Program-made: the position numbers and the translations under genes | Assembly (NCBI GenBank): GCA_963727445.1 | Contig: CAVSGI010000020.1 | Span: 288,001 to 352,000, forward strand | Source: an uncultured delta proteobacterium | Lineage (GTDB): Bacteria > Myxococcota_A > Polyangia > Polyangiales > B10-G4 | Direction: 5' to 3' | DNA: 64,000 nt | Notes under the pieces: model-generated | What the model was told of the DNA's origin: nothing | Seen by the model: the letters and a program-made list of their open reading frames with translations, nothing else | Database searches by the model: none | Part shown: one piece after another, positions 1-11,622 of the stretch | How positions within the stretch are numbered: the stretch's first letter is position 1 | Layout of the letters: every line of letters starts with the position of its first letter

Positions 1-1553
1 TGATGGGCGGTGGCGCGGCGCGTGGGATCGGCGAGCGCCGAGAGCGAGGCGAGCACCATGGGCTCGTCTTCCCCGGCCGGCGCCGCCTCGGCCTCCATCT
101 CCTCGGGCCCGCAGCGACAGAGCATCGCCTCGCGCACCGACGACAGGCGCTGCTCGGAGAGCATCGCATACCAGCGGGTCTCGCTGTGATCGAGCTGGGC
201 GACGCGCAGGAACTCCACCTCGGCGTCCACGTAGCGGCCTGCGCGTTCGAGGGCGCGCGCGTAGTGGTACCGGCCGCTCACCCGGTAGCGCGGGTGGTCC
301 TTGATGCGGGCGAGGAGGTCCACCAGCAGCGCGTCGTCCGCGAGCCCCGAAGCGAGAATCGCCGTGTCGAAGGCGATGGTCGGGTGCAGGTTCGAGCGCT
401 TGGAGAGCGCCTCGACGGCGGCGTCCACCTCTTCGCGAAGGCCCGCACGCGCGCCGATGTCGACGATGGTCCGGAGGCGCATCGTCGGCACCCGCCCCCA
501 ACTCGAGCGGCCCTTGAGCCGAGCGATGCTCTGTCGCGCGCTCTCCTGCTCGCGCGCGCTGGCCGCCCGCGCCATGTCCGCCGCGCGCGCCGCCGTTTCT
601 TCGCGGCGCTCTTCGTCATCGATGGGCGCTCCGTTGGCCATCGCGGTGTAGCGCTGGGCGTCTTCCCAGTTGCCTTCGACACGCGCGAGGCGCGCCGCCG
701 AGGCGGCCACGCGACCGCGGAGCTCGCGAGGCAGCTCGAGCGCCAGCAGGCGCTGCACCTCGCTCCGGGCCATGGGCATCGGGCCCTGGCGAACGAGGCG
801 CTCCAGTCGCTCTACCTCCTGCAGCGACGTCAGGGTTCGCACGCGGGTGCCGGCATCGGCGATGGCCTGCATCCGGTCGCGCGACTGGGCGGCGAGCGCC
901 GTGCCCGGGGTCATCAGGTCGATGTCGCGGTAGATGCCGACGGCCGCGTCGATGTCCCCGTTGTCCTCGTAGGCGCGCGCCAGGGAGAAGCGCAGCTCGA
1001 GCACCGGCGGCAGGCTCGGGTAGCGTCGCATCAGTTGGGAGAGCTCGTGGCCCGCGTTTCGGCTTCGCATCGCGATGAGCGCACGCACCCGGCCGACCCG
1101 GGCGAGGGTGGCCACCTCGCTGTCGATGCTGGTGCGGGCGAGCTCGAAGGCTTCGCGCGCGGCGTCCGCTTCGCCGTTGGCGAGGAGGATCTCGCCGCGC
1201 GTCAGCGCGAGGCGATCCTCGATGCTCGGATACGCCGCCTCGACCACGCGGAGCGAGAGGAGCGCCTCGTCATAGCGCTCGGCCTCCACCAACTCGTGAA
1301 CGCGCTGAAAGGCACGACGCGCGTCCGCATCCTGCACGCCGAGGCCGAGCTCGGCGCTGGGAAGGACGACCGGCGGAATGTCTGCCGCGCACATCGGCAG
1401 GATGGGATCGACGAGCGGTTGCGGGCCGACGAGGGTCTCGTCGAGCGCGCACAGAGGGCCATCCCAGGCGGCGGCTTGGTTGTAGGAAACCGCCACCGCC
1501 AAAGCGGCCAGAACAGCTGACCATCGCAGTGTGGTTTTCCCCACGTACTTCAT
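1..1553 (-). CDS. Secreted helical/TPR-like repeat protein, partial (runs off left edge); possibly the N-terminal part of a soluble lytic transglycosylase
   Basis: Absent from the ORF track because it has no stop in the window. Manual translation from ATG 1553: MKYVGKTTLRWSAVLAALAVAVSYNQAAAWDG (signal peptide), then TPR-like segments (LRFSLARAYEDNGDIDAAVGIYRDI; RYHYARALERAGRYVDAEVEF). The Slt assignment is inference only. Confidence 0.7.
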   Translation of the reverse strand, partial: MKYVGKTTLRWSAVLAALAVAVSYNQAAAWDGPLCALDETLVGPQPLVDPILPMCAADIPPVVLPSAELGLGVQDADARRAFQRVHELVEAERYDEALLSLRVVEAAYPSIEDRLALTRGEILLANGEADAAREAFELARTSIDSEVATLARVGRVRALIAMRSRNAGHELSQLMRRYPSLPPVLELRFSLARAYEDNGDIDAAVGIYRDIDLMTPGTALAAQSRDRMQAIADAGTRVRTLTSLQEVERLERLVRQGPMPMARSEVQRLLALELPRELRGRVAASAARLARVEGNWEDAQRYTAMANGAPIDDEERREETAARAADMARAASAREQESARQSIARLKGRSSWGRVPTMRLRTIVDIGARAGLREEVDAAVEALSKRSNLHPTIAFDTAILASGLADDALLVDLLARIKDHPRYRVSGRYHYARALERAGRYVDAEVEFLRVAQLDHSETRWYAMLSEQRLSSVREAMLCRCGPEEMEAEAAPAGEDEPMVLASLSALADPTRRATAH

Positions 1554-1719
1554 TGTTGGTGATCCGAGGCGCATGCGCAAAATTCGTGCACCGCCAAAGC
1601 GATACGAGATCTATGTGCATTCAGACGGCCGAACGCCACCATCCGTTCAAAATTCTGCTCGCGCTCTGGGGATCTGGCCAGTTTTCGACGATCGACGGCC
1701 GCTCGAAAGGGGGGCGTCG

Positions 1720-1895
1720 CTATTCCGTCGCGTCCTCGGATGTGGACGTCGCGGCGGGCGTAGTCCCTTGGTTTGTCTCGGGATCGTCCTCACCAGAGAG
1801 CTCGGGAACGAGCACTGTGAGAATCCCCACGACAACGAAGACGACAAAGCCGATCGCGAGCAGAGCGTTCGGGAGCAGGGGGGCAGGTCGATCGT

Positions 1896-1899
<4 letters not shown>
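1720..1899 (-). CDS. Small single-pass membrane protein (59 aa)
   Basis: MNDRPAPLLPNALLAIGFVVFVVVGILTVLVPELSGEDD...; its ATG overlaps the proS TGA (ATGA coupling). Confidence 0.6.
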
Positions 1900-3634
<1,735 letters not shown>

Positions 3635-3695
3635 GGGCGGCTCATAACACCGAATCGCGCCCTTTCAAACCGCACGGAGACGGTAGAATGGCCCC

Positions 3696-4952
3696 ATGGC
3701 CGGCGACCGCCCGATGCTCATCTTCGTGAGCGACATCCATCTGACGGACCAGCTTCATGGTTCGGCGATCCCGCGGGCCGTGACCTTCGAGCGCTTCTGG
3801 GTTCGCATCCAGGCCGCGCGGGGCAAGAGGCCCGCCGAGATCTGCTTCGTCGGCGACCTCTTCGACATCGTCCGTTCGCCCAGCTGGTTCGAGGGGGCGT
3901 ATCGTCCCTATCACGAAGAGAGCGCGGGCCTCACCGACATGATCGACGCGATCGTGGGGCGCATCCTCGAGCGCGAAGCGCCGTTCTTCGAGGCGATTCG
4001 CAAGCGCGTTCAGGACGGCTCGCTCAGCGTGCACTACGTGCTCGGCAACCACGACCGACTCCTCAGGTATGCGCCCAAGGCGCGGCGCGCGGTCTGGAAG
4101 GCGCTCACTGGGGAGGACCGCGACGTCACCTTCGAGACGCGGAAGATCTTCCCCGACCACGGCGTGATCGCCTACCACGGCAACGTCACCGATGCCGTGA
4201 ACTACGACCCGGAGGGCGGCGCCACCATCGGTGACGCGATCGGCTCGGAGCTGATCACGCGCTTTCCGCGCTCGGTGCGCCTGCTCACCGGCGAGGAGCA
4301 CCGTCAGCTCGACGACATCGACGACGTGCGACCGGTCTACGCCGTGCCGGCGTGGGTGCGTCAGCTGGCCGTGCTCAACCCCGAGCTCCTCGGTCCCGTG
4401 AACAAGACGTGGGTGGAGCTGGTGGAGAGCTTCCTGTCGCGGCCCTTCGTGAAGAACTGGATGAAGGCCAGCAAGAAGAAGAGCAAGAAGAAGATCGGCG
4501 TCGCCGAGGGGATGAAGCTCAAGCTCCTCCTCGAGCTGTCGACGAAGAAGGTCGTCGCCAAGGGAAGCGATAAGCGCCTGACCGAGCTGTACAAGGTCAT
4601 CCAGCACGGCTTCGACGGAAAGATGGCCAAGCACGGCGCCGAGGAGCTCGAGGAAAACAAGGGCTTCAACTACGTCGTCAACGGGCACTCCCACTTCGCC
4701 AACATGGTTCCGCTCGGCAACGTCGGGACAAAGCCGGCCGTCTACTTCAACACCGGCACCTGGCGCAGCGTCCATCAGATCGGTCACGGCATCGGCGGCC
4801 GCCCCACCTTCCTGCCCTACGACGCCATGAGCTACCTTGTCTTCTTCCCCGACGCCGACGAGCTCGGCCGCGCCTACGAGTGGTGGAACGGCGTGATGGT
4901 GGCGGCCGACAGCGCGCGCGGCGCGGGCGGCGAACGGGCGGAGGGTGGCTGA
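3696..4952 (+). CDS. Calcineurin-like metallophosphoesterase (LpxH-like motif set)
   Basis: Motifs SDIH, GDLFD, GNHD, YHGN, GHSH, NTGTW. Confidence 0.85.
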   Translation: MAGDRPMLIFVSDIHLTDQLHGSAIPRAVTFERFWVRIQAARGKRPAEICFVGDLFDIVRSPSWFEGAYRPYHEESAGLTDMIDAIVGRILEREAPFFEAIRKRVQDGSLSVHYVLGNHDRLLRYAPKARRAVWKALTGEDRDVTFETRKIFPDHGVIAYHGNVTDAVNYDPEGGATIGDAIGSELITRFPRSVRLLTGEEHRQLDDIDDVRPVYAVPAWVRQLAVLNPELLGPVNKTWVELVESFLSRPFVKNWMKASKKKSKKKIGVAEGMKLKLLLELSTKKVVAKGSDKRLTELYKVIQHGFDGKMAKHGAEELEENKGFNYVVNGHSHFANMVPLGNVGTKPAVYFNTGTWRSVHQIGHGIGGRPTFLPYDAMSYLVFFPDADELGRAYEWWNGVMVAADSARGAGGERAEGG

Positions 4953-4984
4953 GGCGAGGCGCTCGGTATTCCCCCAAGGGGGGC

Positions 4985-5098
4985 GGGCTACCGGTGGATC
5001 GCCCAGGCCATTGGCTGACGTGGTGGCTCACCCTCGCATCAGCCAAAGCCGGTGAGCCACCACATCACCCCATGGCTTGGGCGGTCCTCCGGGAGCCC
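4985..5098. repeat. Long imperfect inverted repeat (48-bp arms, 18-nt loop) between convergent genes
   Basis: Arm 4985-5032 versus the reverse complement of 5051-5098: 41/48 identical, no gaps. Confidence 0.9.
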
Positions 5099-5116
5099 AC
5101 CACCCGAAGGGAAGTC

Positions 5117-6178
5117 CTAGTGGCTCGATACGTCAGGGGCGGCGTCCGCCTCTTGTTCGACGTCCATCGGCACCACGAGCTCCGAAGCGGGCTCCGCGTC
5201 GCCCCAGCTGATCCACTCCGTCTCGTCGAGCTTCAAGAGCTCGACGGCGCCTTCCGAGACGAGTGCGATCATGGCGCCGTCGGGGGACATGGCGACGCCG
5301 GCGTAGGGGCCGCGTTCGGTGATCGTTCCGAGGACTGCGCCGCTTTCGAGGTCGCGGATCTCGATGGTGTCGTCCACGCGGAGGGCGCCTCGTTTGCCAT
5401 CTTCGGAGATGGCGACCGGTCGGCCGGGGAGCTCGAAGCGGCGCTCGGCGATGCGCACCCGATCGCCTTCGAGGTTCACGCGGGCGAAACGAAGGTCGTG
5501 GCGGCGTCCGAGCGTGGCGAAGAAGCCGGTGGGGCTCGCGCCGGCCTCGTAAGGGAGCATGCGGCGGGCGGGAGGCGCGAGGACGCGTACGCGTTCTCCG
5601 TCCTCGACGCGGTTCACGGTCAATCGGCCGTGTCGCTCGCGAAGCACGAGCGACTCCTCGTCGAGCCAGGTGGCGTCGACACCGCCGGCGACCCACTTGC
5701 GCCGCCCGCTCTCGAGATCGAAGAGCGAGAGCCGACCATCGCCGGCGTCGTCGGCGGTTCCGACGACCACGTAGCGGCCGGTGGGGGAGAAACGAAGGGT
5801 CGTCGGATGACCGCCGCGCAGGCGCGCGATGCGGCGCGAGGATGGGCCGGTCAGATCGTGGATCCACACCCAGACGTGGGTCTTGTCGCAGGGCCCCGCT
5901 TCGTCTCCTACACGGACTGGGGACAGGCTGATCAGCGTCTGTCCGTCGGGGCTGAAGGCGGCTCGCGCGCGCTGGACGTGCTCGTCGTGGACCACGACCG
6001 ACCCGGTTTCATCCACGAAACGCACCACGTCCGCGCCGGATTGTGCGACCGGGCCCGAGGCGCTGAAGGCGACGGCGGGTGCCACGCGAGGCCCCTCGGG
6101 GCACTGCGCGATGGCGCGTGGAGCCACCACCAAGAGGCCGAAAATTACAGTCGCAACAATGGCCGGGCTCGGCGTCAC
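5117..6178 (-). CDS. Secreted WD40-like beta-propeller protein
   Basis: Signal peptide from GTG 6178; blade motifs AAFSPDGQTL, LRFSPTGRYV, VAISEDGKRG, VAMSPDGAMI. Confidence 0.75.
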   Translation of the reverse strand: MTPSPAIVATVIFGLLVVAPRAIAQCPEGPRVAPAVAFSASGPVAQSGADVVRFVDETGSVVVHDEHVQRARAAFSPDGQTLISLSPVRVGDEAGPCDKTHVWVWIHDLTGPSSRRIARLRGGHPTTLRFSPTGRYVVVGTADDAGDGRLSLFDLESGRRKWVAGGVDATWLDEESLVLRERHGRLTVNRVEDGERVRVLAPPARRMLPYEAGASPTGFFATLGRRHDLRFARVNLEGDRVRIAERRFELPGRPVAISEDGKRGALRVDDTIEIRDLESGAVLGTITERGPYAGVAMSPDGAMIALVSEGAVELLKLDETEWISWGDAEPASELVVPMDVEQEADAAPDVSSH

Positions 6179-6224
6179 GCGGCGAGGGTAGCAGCCGCCG
6201 CTTTCGATGTGCGATAACCGCGGT

Positions 6225-6464
6225 GTGAAGCTGACGGGTGACGAAGCGGGCGTTGCCGCCCTCAAAGCGATGCACGCCAAGGACAATGGGGCTGCGGTGA
6301 AGTTCCTCGTCCAAGAGGCGCGCACCAACACCGACCTCAAGGCCGAGTTCCGCGCAGAGGATGGGACCCTCTACGTCCTCATGCTCGATCCCAAGACGGG
6401 TGATCTGGTGGTCGAGAAGGCGAAGAACCAGCGTCCATCCAAGTTGCCCGGCCCTCCGACCTGA
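6225..6464 (+). CDS. Small hypothetical protein (79 aa)
   Basis: GC3-rich ORF MKLTGDEAGVAALKAMHAKD...; ends 9 nt before the PLD gene. Confidence 0.65.
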   Translation: MKLTGDEAGVAALKAMHAKDNGAAVKFLVQEARTNTDLKAEFRAEDGTLYVLMLDPKTGDLVVEKAKNQRPSKLPGPPT

Positions 6465-6473
6465 GCCGGCTTC

Positions 6474-7179
6474 GTGGACAAGCAGGCCATCGACGACATG
6501 CTGGCGGCGACCCTCGACGACTTCGTCTTGTCGAGGGGCGAGAAGCACGCGCTCACCGAAGTCATCCGCGAGCAGGGCCTCGACCAGGAGGGCTACGCGT
6601 TCTGGCGTCATCGCGCCTTCGCGCTCGCTCGTGACAAGGTCGAGAGCGCGGGGCCGAAGAGGGGCCAGGTCCTCGATTGGCTCGAGGGCGTGGTCAAGCT
6701 CCTCCATCCCGTGAGCGACGGAATCCGACGGAGTGGCCCGCGTCTGTTTCAGCCCCGGCCCCGAGTGTCTGGGTGCGATCAAGTCGGAGCTCGACCGCGC
6801 CAGGAAGAAGGTGGAGATCTGCGTCTTCACCATCACCGACGATCGGGTCACGGACGCGATCCTCGCGGCACACCGCCGCGGGGTGAAGGTGCGCATCGCG
6901 ACCGATGACGAGAAGGCGTACGACCGCGGCTCCGACGTGGAGCGGCTCTTCGCCGAAGGCATCGAGGTGCGTGTCGACGAGCCGGACCACCACATGCACC
7001 ACAAGTTCGCCGTCTTCGACGACGCCCGCCTGGTCACGGGCAGCTACAACTGGACGCGGAGCGCCGCCGAGAAGAACCAGGAGAACGTCCTGGTGAGCGA
7101 CGACACCCGCCTGGTCCGCCCCTATCGCGAGATGTTCGAACGTCTCTGGACCCGTCTGTCCCCCTTCGACAACCACTGA
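6474..7179 (+). CDS. Phospholipase D-family nuclease (single HKD, Nuc/Zucchini-like) with N-terminal helical domain; 1 apparent frameshift
   Basis: N-terminal part MDKQAIDDMLAATLDDFVLSRGEK; after a frame switch near 6720: CFSPG, MHHKFAVFD, TGSYNWTRSAAEKNQEN. Confidence 0.85.
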
Positions 7180-7231
7180 TCGCGCGACAAAGGGCCGCCG
7201 GGAGCGCCTGCACATACAGACCGGGTTGACT

Positions 7232-7253
7232 AGTCGGGGCCCGGGCCCCGACT
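7232..7253. repeat. Perfect 22-bp palindrome (operator or hairpin)
   Basis: AGTCGGGGCCCGGGCCCCGACT is its own reverse complement; preceded by TTGACT (7226-7231). Confidence 0.8.
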
Positions 7254-7264
7254 CTGTCTGAAGC

Positions 7265-8221
7265 ATGAGCGCGGAAGACCCCGAGAACGACTCGTCGGGC
7301 TCCCAGAAGGAGTTCAAGTCCAGGCTCTCGACCGGCAAAACGAAGTTCCTGGCCCACGCCATCGACCACGCGCTGGTCTCCGGCCGGCGCTCCGCTGCCG
7401 ACTTCATCCGGTGGTTCTCGCCCGCACGGATCATGGAGGCGCTCGCGGACAAGCCCGAGCTCCGAGCGCGCATCCTGGTGGAGACCACCGGCACCCGAGA
7501 GAAGGTCGCGCTCCAGAAGAGCGCCGCCTCCGCCGGCGAGGACCTGCAGATCGCGCTCGACGTTCGCGAGACCTCCGCTGACGACATCGTTCGACTCTTC
7601 CGGCCGGACGATCGCGTTCGTTACCTGGACGGGCGCGAGCTCTGGGACTTCCTCTCCGAGGGAGAGTTCTGGAAGCAGCAGAACGACGGCATGGCGCTCG
7701 AGATCGCGCGTTCGCACATCGGCTACCTCATCGACAAAGCGATGGAGGAGAAGCTCCTCAAGGCGCGTGACGTGATCGACGGCATCGGTGTCGGTCGCCT
7801 GGCCGAGGTGCTGCCGCGCGCCGAGCTCGGGTGGATGCTCGAAAAGGCGCTCGAGCGCGGTCGTGGCCGCAAGCCCTTCACCGACGAGCAGTTCCTCGCC
7901 GAGGCGCCGATCGGCGTGCTCGCGGATCGCGTTCCGCTGGTCGAGCTGTGGGAGAACATTCTCGTCAAGCACGTCGCCGTGCCGCAGGGTCTCGCGGACG
8001 AGCCCACCCGCGAGTCGGCCGTGCCCGAGCCGCTGAAGGCCGAGCCCACGGTCGCCGCTGCGGTGGCGAGCGCGGCTGAATCCAAGAACACGAAGCGCGC
8101 GACCAAGGAAGAGAAGTCGGAAGAGGAGGTCGCTCCCTTCGACTTCTCCGACGTCACCGCCAACGAGGAGATCGAGGAAGATCTCGTCGCGGCCGCGGTG
8201 AAGGCCACGCTCGGCGAGTAG
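7265..8221 (+). CDS. Hypothetical helical-repeat protein with acidic tail
   Basis: 318-aa ORF with typical codon bias; four similar helical units visible. Confidence 0.8.
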   Translation: MSAEDPENDSSGSQKEFKSRLSTGKTKFLAHAIDHALVSGRRSAADFIRWFSPARIMEALADKPELRARILVETTGTREKVALQKSAASAGEDLQIALDVRETSADDIVRLFRPDDRVRYLDGRELWDFLSEGEFWKQQNDGMALEIARSHIGYLIDKAMEEKLLKARDVIDGIGVGRLAEVLPRAELGWMLEKALERGRGRKPFTDEQFLAEAPIGVLADRVPLVELWENILVKHVAVPQGLADEPTRESAVPEPLKAEPTVAAAVASAAESKNTKRATKEEKSEEEVAPFDFSDVTANEEIEEDLVAAAVKATLGE

Positions 8222-8227
8222 CGCCTT

Positions 8228-9073
8228 TCAAACCGGCCCGCGGCGCTTCCAGCCGCTCTGGCTCTTCGCTTCCTCGCGCCAGCGCGCGTGGCGCTTCGTC
8301 GCGTAGGTCCTGGTGTCCACCGGGAGGGTGCCTTCGAGGCGGTAATCCTCGAGGGTCGGGAGCAGCTGGATCGCCCGGAGCCGGACGCCGTGCTTCTTCG
8401 CCTCGCGCAGCGCCCGGGCGAAGTCGGGGTCGTGTAGATCGCTCGGCCGCACGGCCTTGGCGTCGCCGCGCAGCACGGTGAAGAGCACGGTGGCGCGGTC
8501 GCCCTCGTCGACGCGGGCCCGGAGCTCGGCGAGGTGACCTGCGGCCCGCTTCGAGACCGAGTCGGGAAAATAGCCCCGCCCGTCGGGATAGACGAGTTGG
8601 CAGTTCTTCACCTCCACCCAGTGCCGCTGGCCCTTCTGCACGAGCAGAAAGTCGACGCGGCTGCCGTCCCCCATCGGCCGCTCGCGGGTGAGCGAGTCGA
8701 AGCGCGTGAGGCCCGGGACCTTCCGCGCTTCGAGGAGCGCACCCACGAGCCGGTTCGAGGCGTGGGTGTTCACACCGACCAACACGCCGTCGTGCTCGGC
8801 GATCTCCCAGGTGTACTTCAGCTTGCGCTTGGTGCCCTGTGGTGCGCGGCTCACCCATACGCGCATCCCGGGACGGACGAGCCCCTCCATGCGTCCGGGA
8901 TCGGCGCAATGGGTGTGGACCACCTCGCCGCCGTCGAGGCGGACATCCGCGATGAAGCGGTCGTAGCGCTGGACCAGGCGGCCTGGGACGAGCGCGCGCT
9001 CGTGAGGAACCGCTACTCGACCAGCTCGAATCGGAAGTCCTCGATCACGGGGTTGGCGAGGAGCTTCTCGCAC
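8228..9073 (-). CDS. sfsA: DNA/RNA nuclease SfsA (sugar fermentation stimulation protein); start uncertain
   Basis: [68 protein letters not shown]. Confidence 0.9.
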   Translation of the reverse strand: MREAPRQPRDRGLPIRAGRVAVPHERALVPGRLVQRYDRFIADVRLDGGEVVHTHCADPGRMEGLVRPGMRVWVSRAPQGTKRKLKYTWEIAEHDGVLVGVNTHASNRLVGALLEARKVPGLTRFDSLTRERPMGDGSRVDFLLVQKGQRHWVEVKNCQLVYPDGRGYFPDSVSKRAAGHLAELRARVDEGDRATVLFTVLRGDAKAVRPSDLHDPDFARALREAKKHGVRLRAIQLLPTLEDYRLEGTLPVDTRTYATKRHARWREEAKSQSGWKRRGPV

Positions 9074-9252
9074 ATCGCTTGGAGGTCGCCCTCTGCCTGC
9101 TTCTCGTCCTCATCGAGCTCGAGCTCGATGAGCTTGCCCACGCGCACGTTCTTCACGTGATCGAAGCCGAGCGCGCCGAGCGCTCGGCGAACGGCGTCGC
9201 CCTGTGGATCGAGGACCTCGCGCTTGAGCGTCACGTAGACGTGCGCCTTCAT
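9013..9252 (-). CDS. purS: Phosphoribosylformylglycinamidine synthase subunit PurS
   Basis: [37 protein letters not shown]. Confidence 0.95.
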   Translation of the reverse strand: MKAHVYVTLKREVLDPQGDAVRRALGALGFDHVKNVRVGKLIELELDEDEKQAEGDLQAMCEKLLANPVIEDFRFELVE

Positions 9253-10221
9253 CCGGAGACCCCGAGGTTCTTTCGGATGCGCGCGTTCGGCTGCTCGGTG
9301 TTGGGCACGAAGGCCTCGCCCCGGATCTGGTCGCAGGCTTCGATATAACGACGTGATGCCTCGATGCGCACCTCGTCCGGGATCTGGGGGATGGGGCCGT
9401 CGCCGCTGTAGCCCACCGACTTGAGCCAGCGCCGCACGTACTCCTTGTCGAAGCTCTCCGGGTCCTCGCCCGCGGCGAAGCGCTCCTGGTAGCTCTTCTG
9501 GTACCAATAGCGCGACGAATCCGGGGTGTGGATCTCGTCGATGACGACGATCTTCCCGTCGGGCGTCTTGCCGAACTCGTACTTGGTGTCCACCAGGATG
9601 AGCCCGCGCTCGGCGCACATCTTCTGGCCCATCGCGAAGAGCTTCATCGCGTAGCCGGCGGCGGTGTCGAAGTCCTCCGCGCTGACGCGGCCCATCGCCA
9701 GGATCTCCTCCCGCGAGGCGCTGACGTCGTGGTCCGCCCTTGGCCGCCTTGGTGCTCGGCGTGAGGATCGGCTCGGGGAGGCGCTGGTGCTTCTTCAGGC
9801 CGTCGGGGAGCTGGTGTCCGCAGAAGACGCGCTCGCCGCGCTCGTAGTGGGTCCAGATGCTGGTGCTGGTGACGCCGGTGATGTAGGCGCGCACCACCAT
9901 CTCGACCTCGAGCGGCTCGCACTCCACGCCGATCATCACGTTGGGATCCGGCACCTCGAGGACGTGGTTGGGCACCGCGTCCTTGGTCTGGTCGAACCAC
10001 CACGCCGCGAGGCTGTTCAACACCTGACCCTTGAAGGGCAGGGTGCCGAGCACGCGGTCGAAGGCGCTGATCCGGTCGGTGACGACGATGATCCGTCGCC
10101 CGTCGTCGGTCGTGTAGTTGTCGCGGACCTTGCCCTCGTACTTCTTTCCGAGGACGTCCAGCTCCGAGTGATCGAGAGTGAGCTCGAGGCCCTTCTCGAG
10201 AGTCGCTTGGTCGACGGTCAT
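9249..10221 (-). CDS. purC: SAICAR synthase; 1 apparent frameshift near 9733
   Basis: [33 protein letters not shown]; then [31 protein letters not shown]. Confidence 0.95.
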
Positions 10222-11525
10222 GCCTTCGCTGCCTCCAGTGCGCGGTCGATGATGGAATCGACGTGGGAAAGTGCGTGGTCGAGATCGAACTGCTCGCCGA
10301 TCTCGTTGGCGGAGAGGTGCTCGCGGATCTCCGCGTCACCTTCCAGGAGCTCACGGAAATCGCCTTCTCCGTGGAACGCCTTCATCGCGTTGCGCTGGAC
10401 GAGGACGTAGCCCTGCTGGCGTCCGAGGCCCTTCTGGACCAGCGCGAGGAGGATCCCCTCGCTGGCCCACAGCCGGCCGGTGCGCTCGACGTTGGCCATG
10501 AGGTTTTCGGGATAGACGACGAGGTTGTCGACCAGACGCGTCGCGCGCCCCAGCGCGCAGGCCAGGGTGGTGGTGGCGTCGGGGCAGATCATCCGCTCCA
10601 CCGAGGAGTGGCTGATGTCGCGCTCGTGCCAGAGCGCTACGTTCTCGAGGGCGGGCGTCACCGCGCTCCGCACGATCCGGGCGAGGCCGGTGATGTTCTC
10701 GCTGAGGATCGGGTTGCGCTTGTGGGGCATCGCGCTCGAGCCCTTCTGACCCTTGCTGAAGTACTCCTCCGCTTCGGTCAGCTCGGTGCGCTGCCAGTGC
10801 CGGACGTTGATCGCCAGCCGCTCGAGGCCCGACGCGACGAGGCCCATCGCGCCAAACACGGCCGCGTAGCGGTCGCGCGCCACCACCTGTGTCGCCACCG
10901 TCTCGGGGCGAAGGCCCAGGCGATCCAGAGCGTCGGCCTCGATGGCCGGCGTCAGGTGCGCGTAGGTGCCGACGGCGCCGGCGATCTTCCCGACCGCGAT
11001 CTCCTCCCGCGCCTCGCGGAGCCGGCGGACGCCCCGCGCCGCCTCGGACAGATGACCCGCGAGGATCAGACCGAAGGTGACGGGCTCGGCGTGGATGCCG
11101 TGGGAACGCCCGATGGCGGGGGTGCGGCGATGCTCGTCCACGCGCTTGGCGAGCGCCTGCACGAAGGCCTCCTGGCGCGTGATCAAGGCATCGACTGCGT
11201 CGCGCATCAGGATCGCCAGCGAGGTGTCGAGCACGTCGGAGGAGGTCATCCCCAGGTGAAGCCAGCGCGCGGGCTCTCCCGCGAGCTCCTCCACGTGCGT
11301 GAGGAAGGCGATCACGTCGTGCTTCGTCGTGGCCTCGATCTCGTCGATGCGTGCGGGGTCGAGATCCTCGCCGAAGGGTCGCACCTTGGCGGCGGTCCCG
11401 GCTGGCACGATGCCCGCTCGCTCCATCGCTTCGCAGGCGGCGAGCTCGACCTCGAGCCAGGTGGCGAACTTGCGCGCGTCCGACCAGAGCTCCGCGAAAT
11501 CCTCGGGGGTGTAGCGCGGGATCAT
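10218..11525 (-). CDS. purB: Adenylosuccinate lyase
   Basis: MIPRYT start; [26 protein letters not shown], signature [24 protein letters not shown]. Confidence 0.97.
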   Translation of the reverse strand: MIPRYTPEDFAELWSDARKFATWLEVELAACEAMERAGIVPAGTAAKVRPFGEDLDPARIDEIEATTKHDVIAFLTHVEELAGEPARWLHLGMTSSDVLDTSLAILMRDAVDALITRQEAFVQALAKRVDEHRRTPAIGRSHGIHAEPVTFGLILAGHLSEAARGVRRLREAREEIAVGKIAGAVGTYAHLTPAIEADALDRLGLRPETVATQVVARDRYAAVFGAMGLVASGLERLAINVRHWQRTELTEAEEYFSKGQKGSSAMPHKRNPILSENITGLARIVRSAVTPALENVALWHERDISHSSVERMICPDATTTLACALGRATRLVDNLVVYPENLMANVERTGRLWASEGILLALVQKGLGRQQGYVLVQRNAMKAFHGEGDFRELLEGDAEIREHLSANEIGEQFDLDHALSHVDSIIDRALEAAKA

Positions 11526-11622
11526 AGGGGCCGCGAAGCTACCAGATGGCCCCCCACGCGGCCACTGCTCACGGGCACATTTCGGCATTGCAATCCGGCC
11601 CGCGAGACCACAGATCTCGTAG

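Noticed and set aside
3..1520. 505-aa plus-strand ORF, and other long track ORFs such as 10263-12716 (+), 22881-25889 (+), 45687-48278 (-) and 16847-18691 (-)
   Set aside because: Antisense or off-frame shadows of real genes, expected at high GC; Arg/Ala/Gly-rich with no motifs.
5022..5029. GGTGGCTC shared between the long hairpin and the tRNA-Thr 3' end
   Set aside because: An 8-bp GC-rich match is expected by chance in 64 kb.
9013..10221. Apparent PurC-PurS fusion (402 aa)
   Set aside because: Caused by one extra base near 9733; the true PurC C-terminus is in ORF 9249-9695 and purS has its own ATG.
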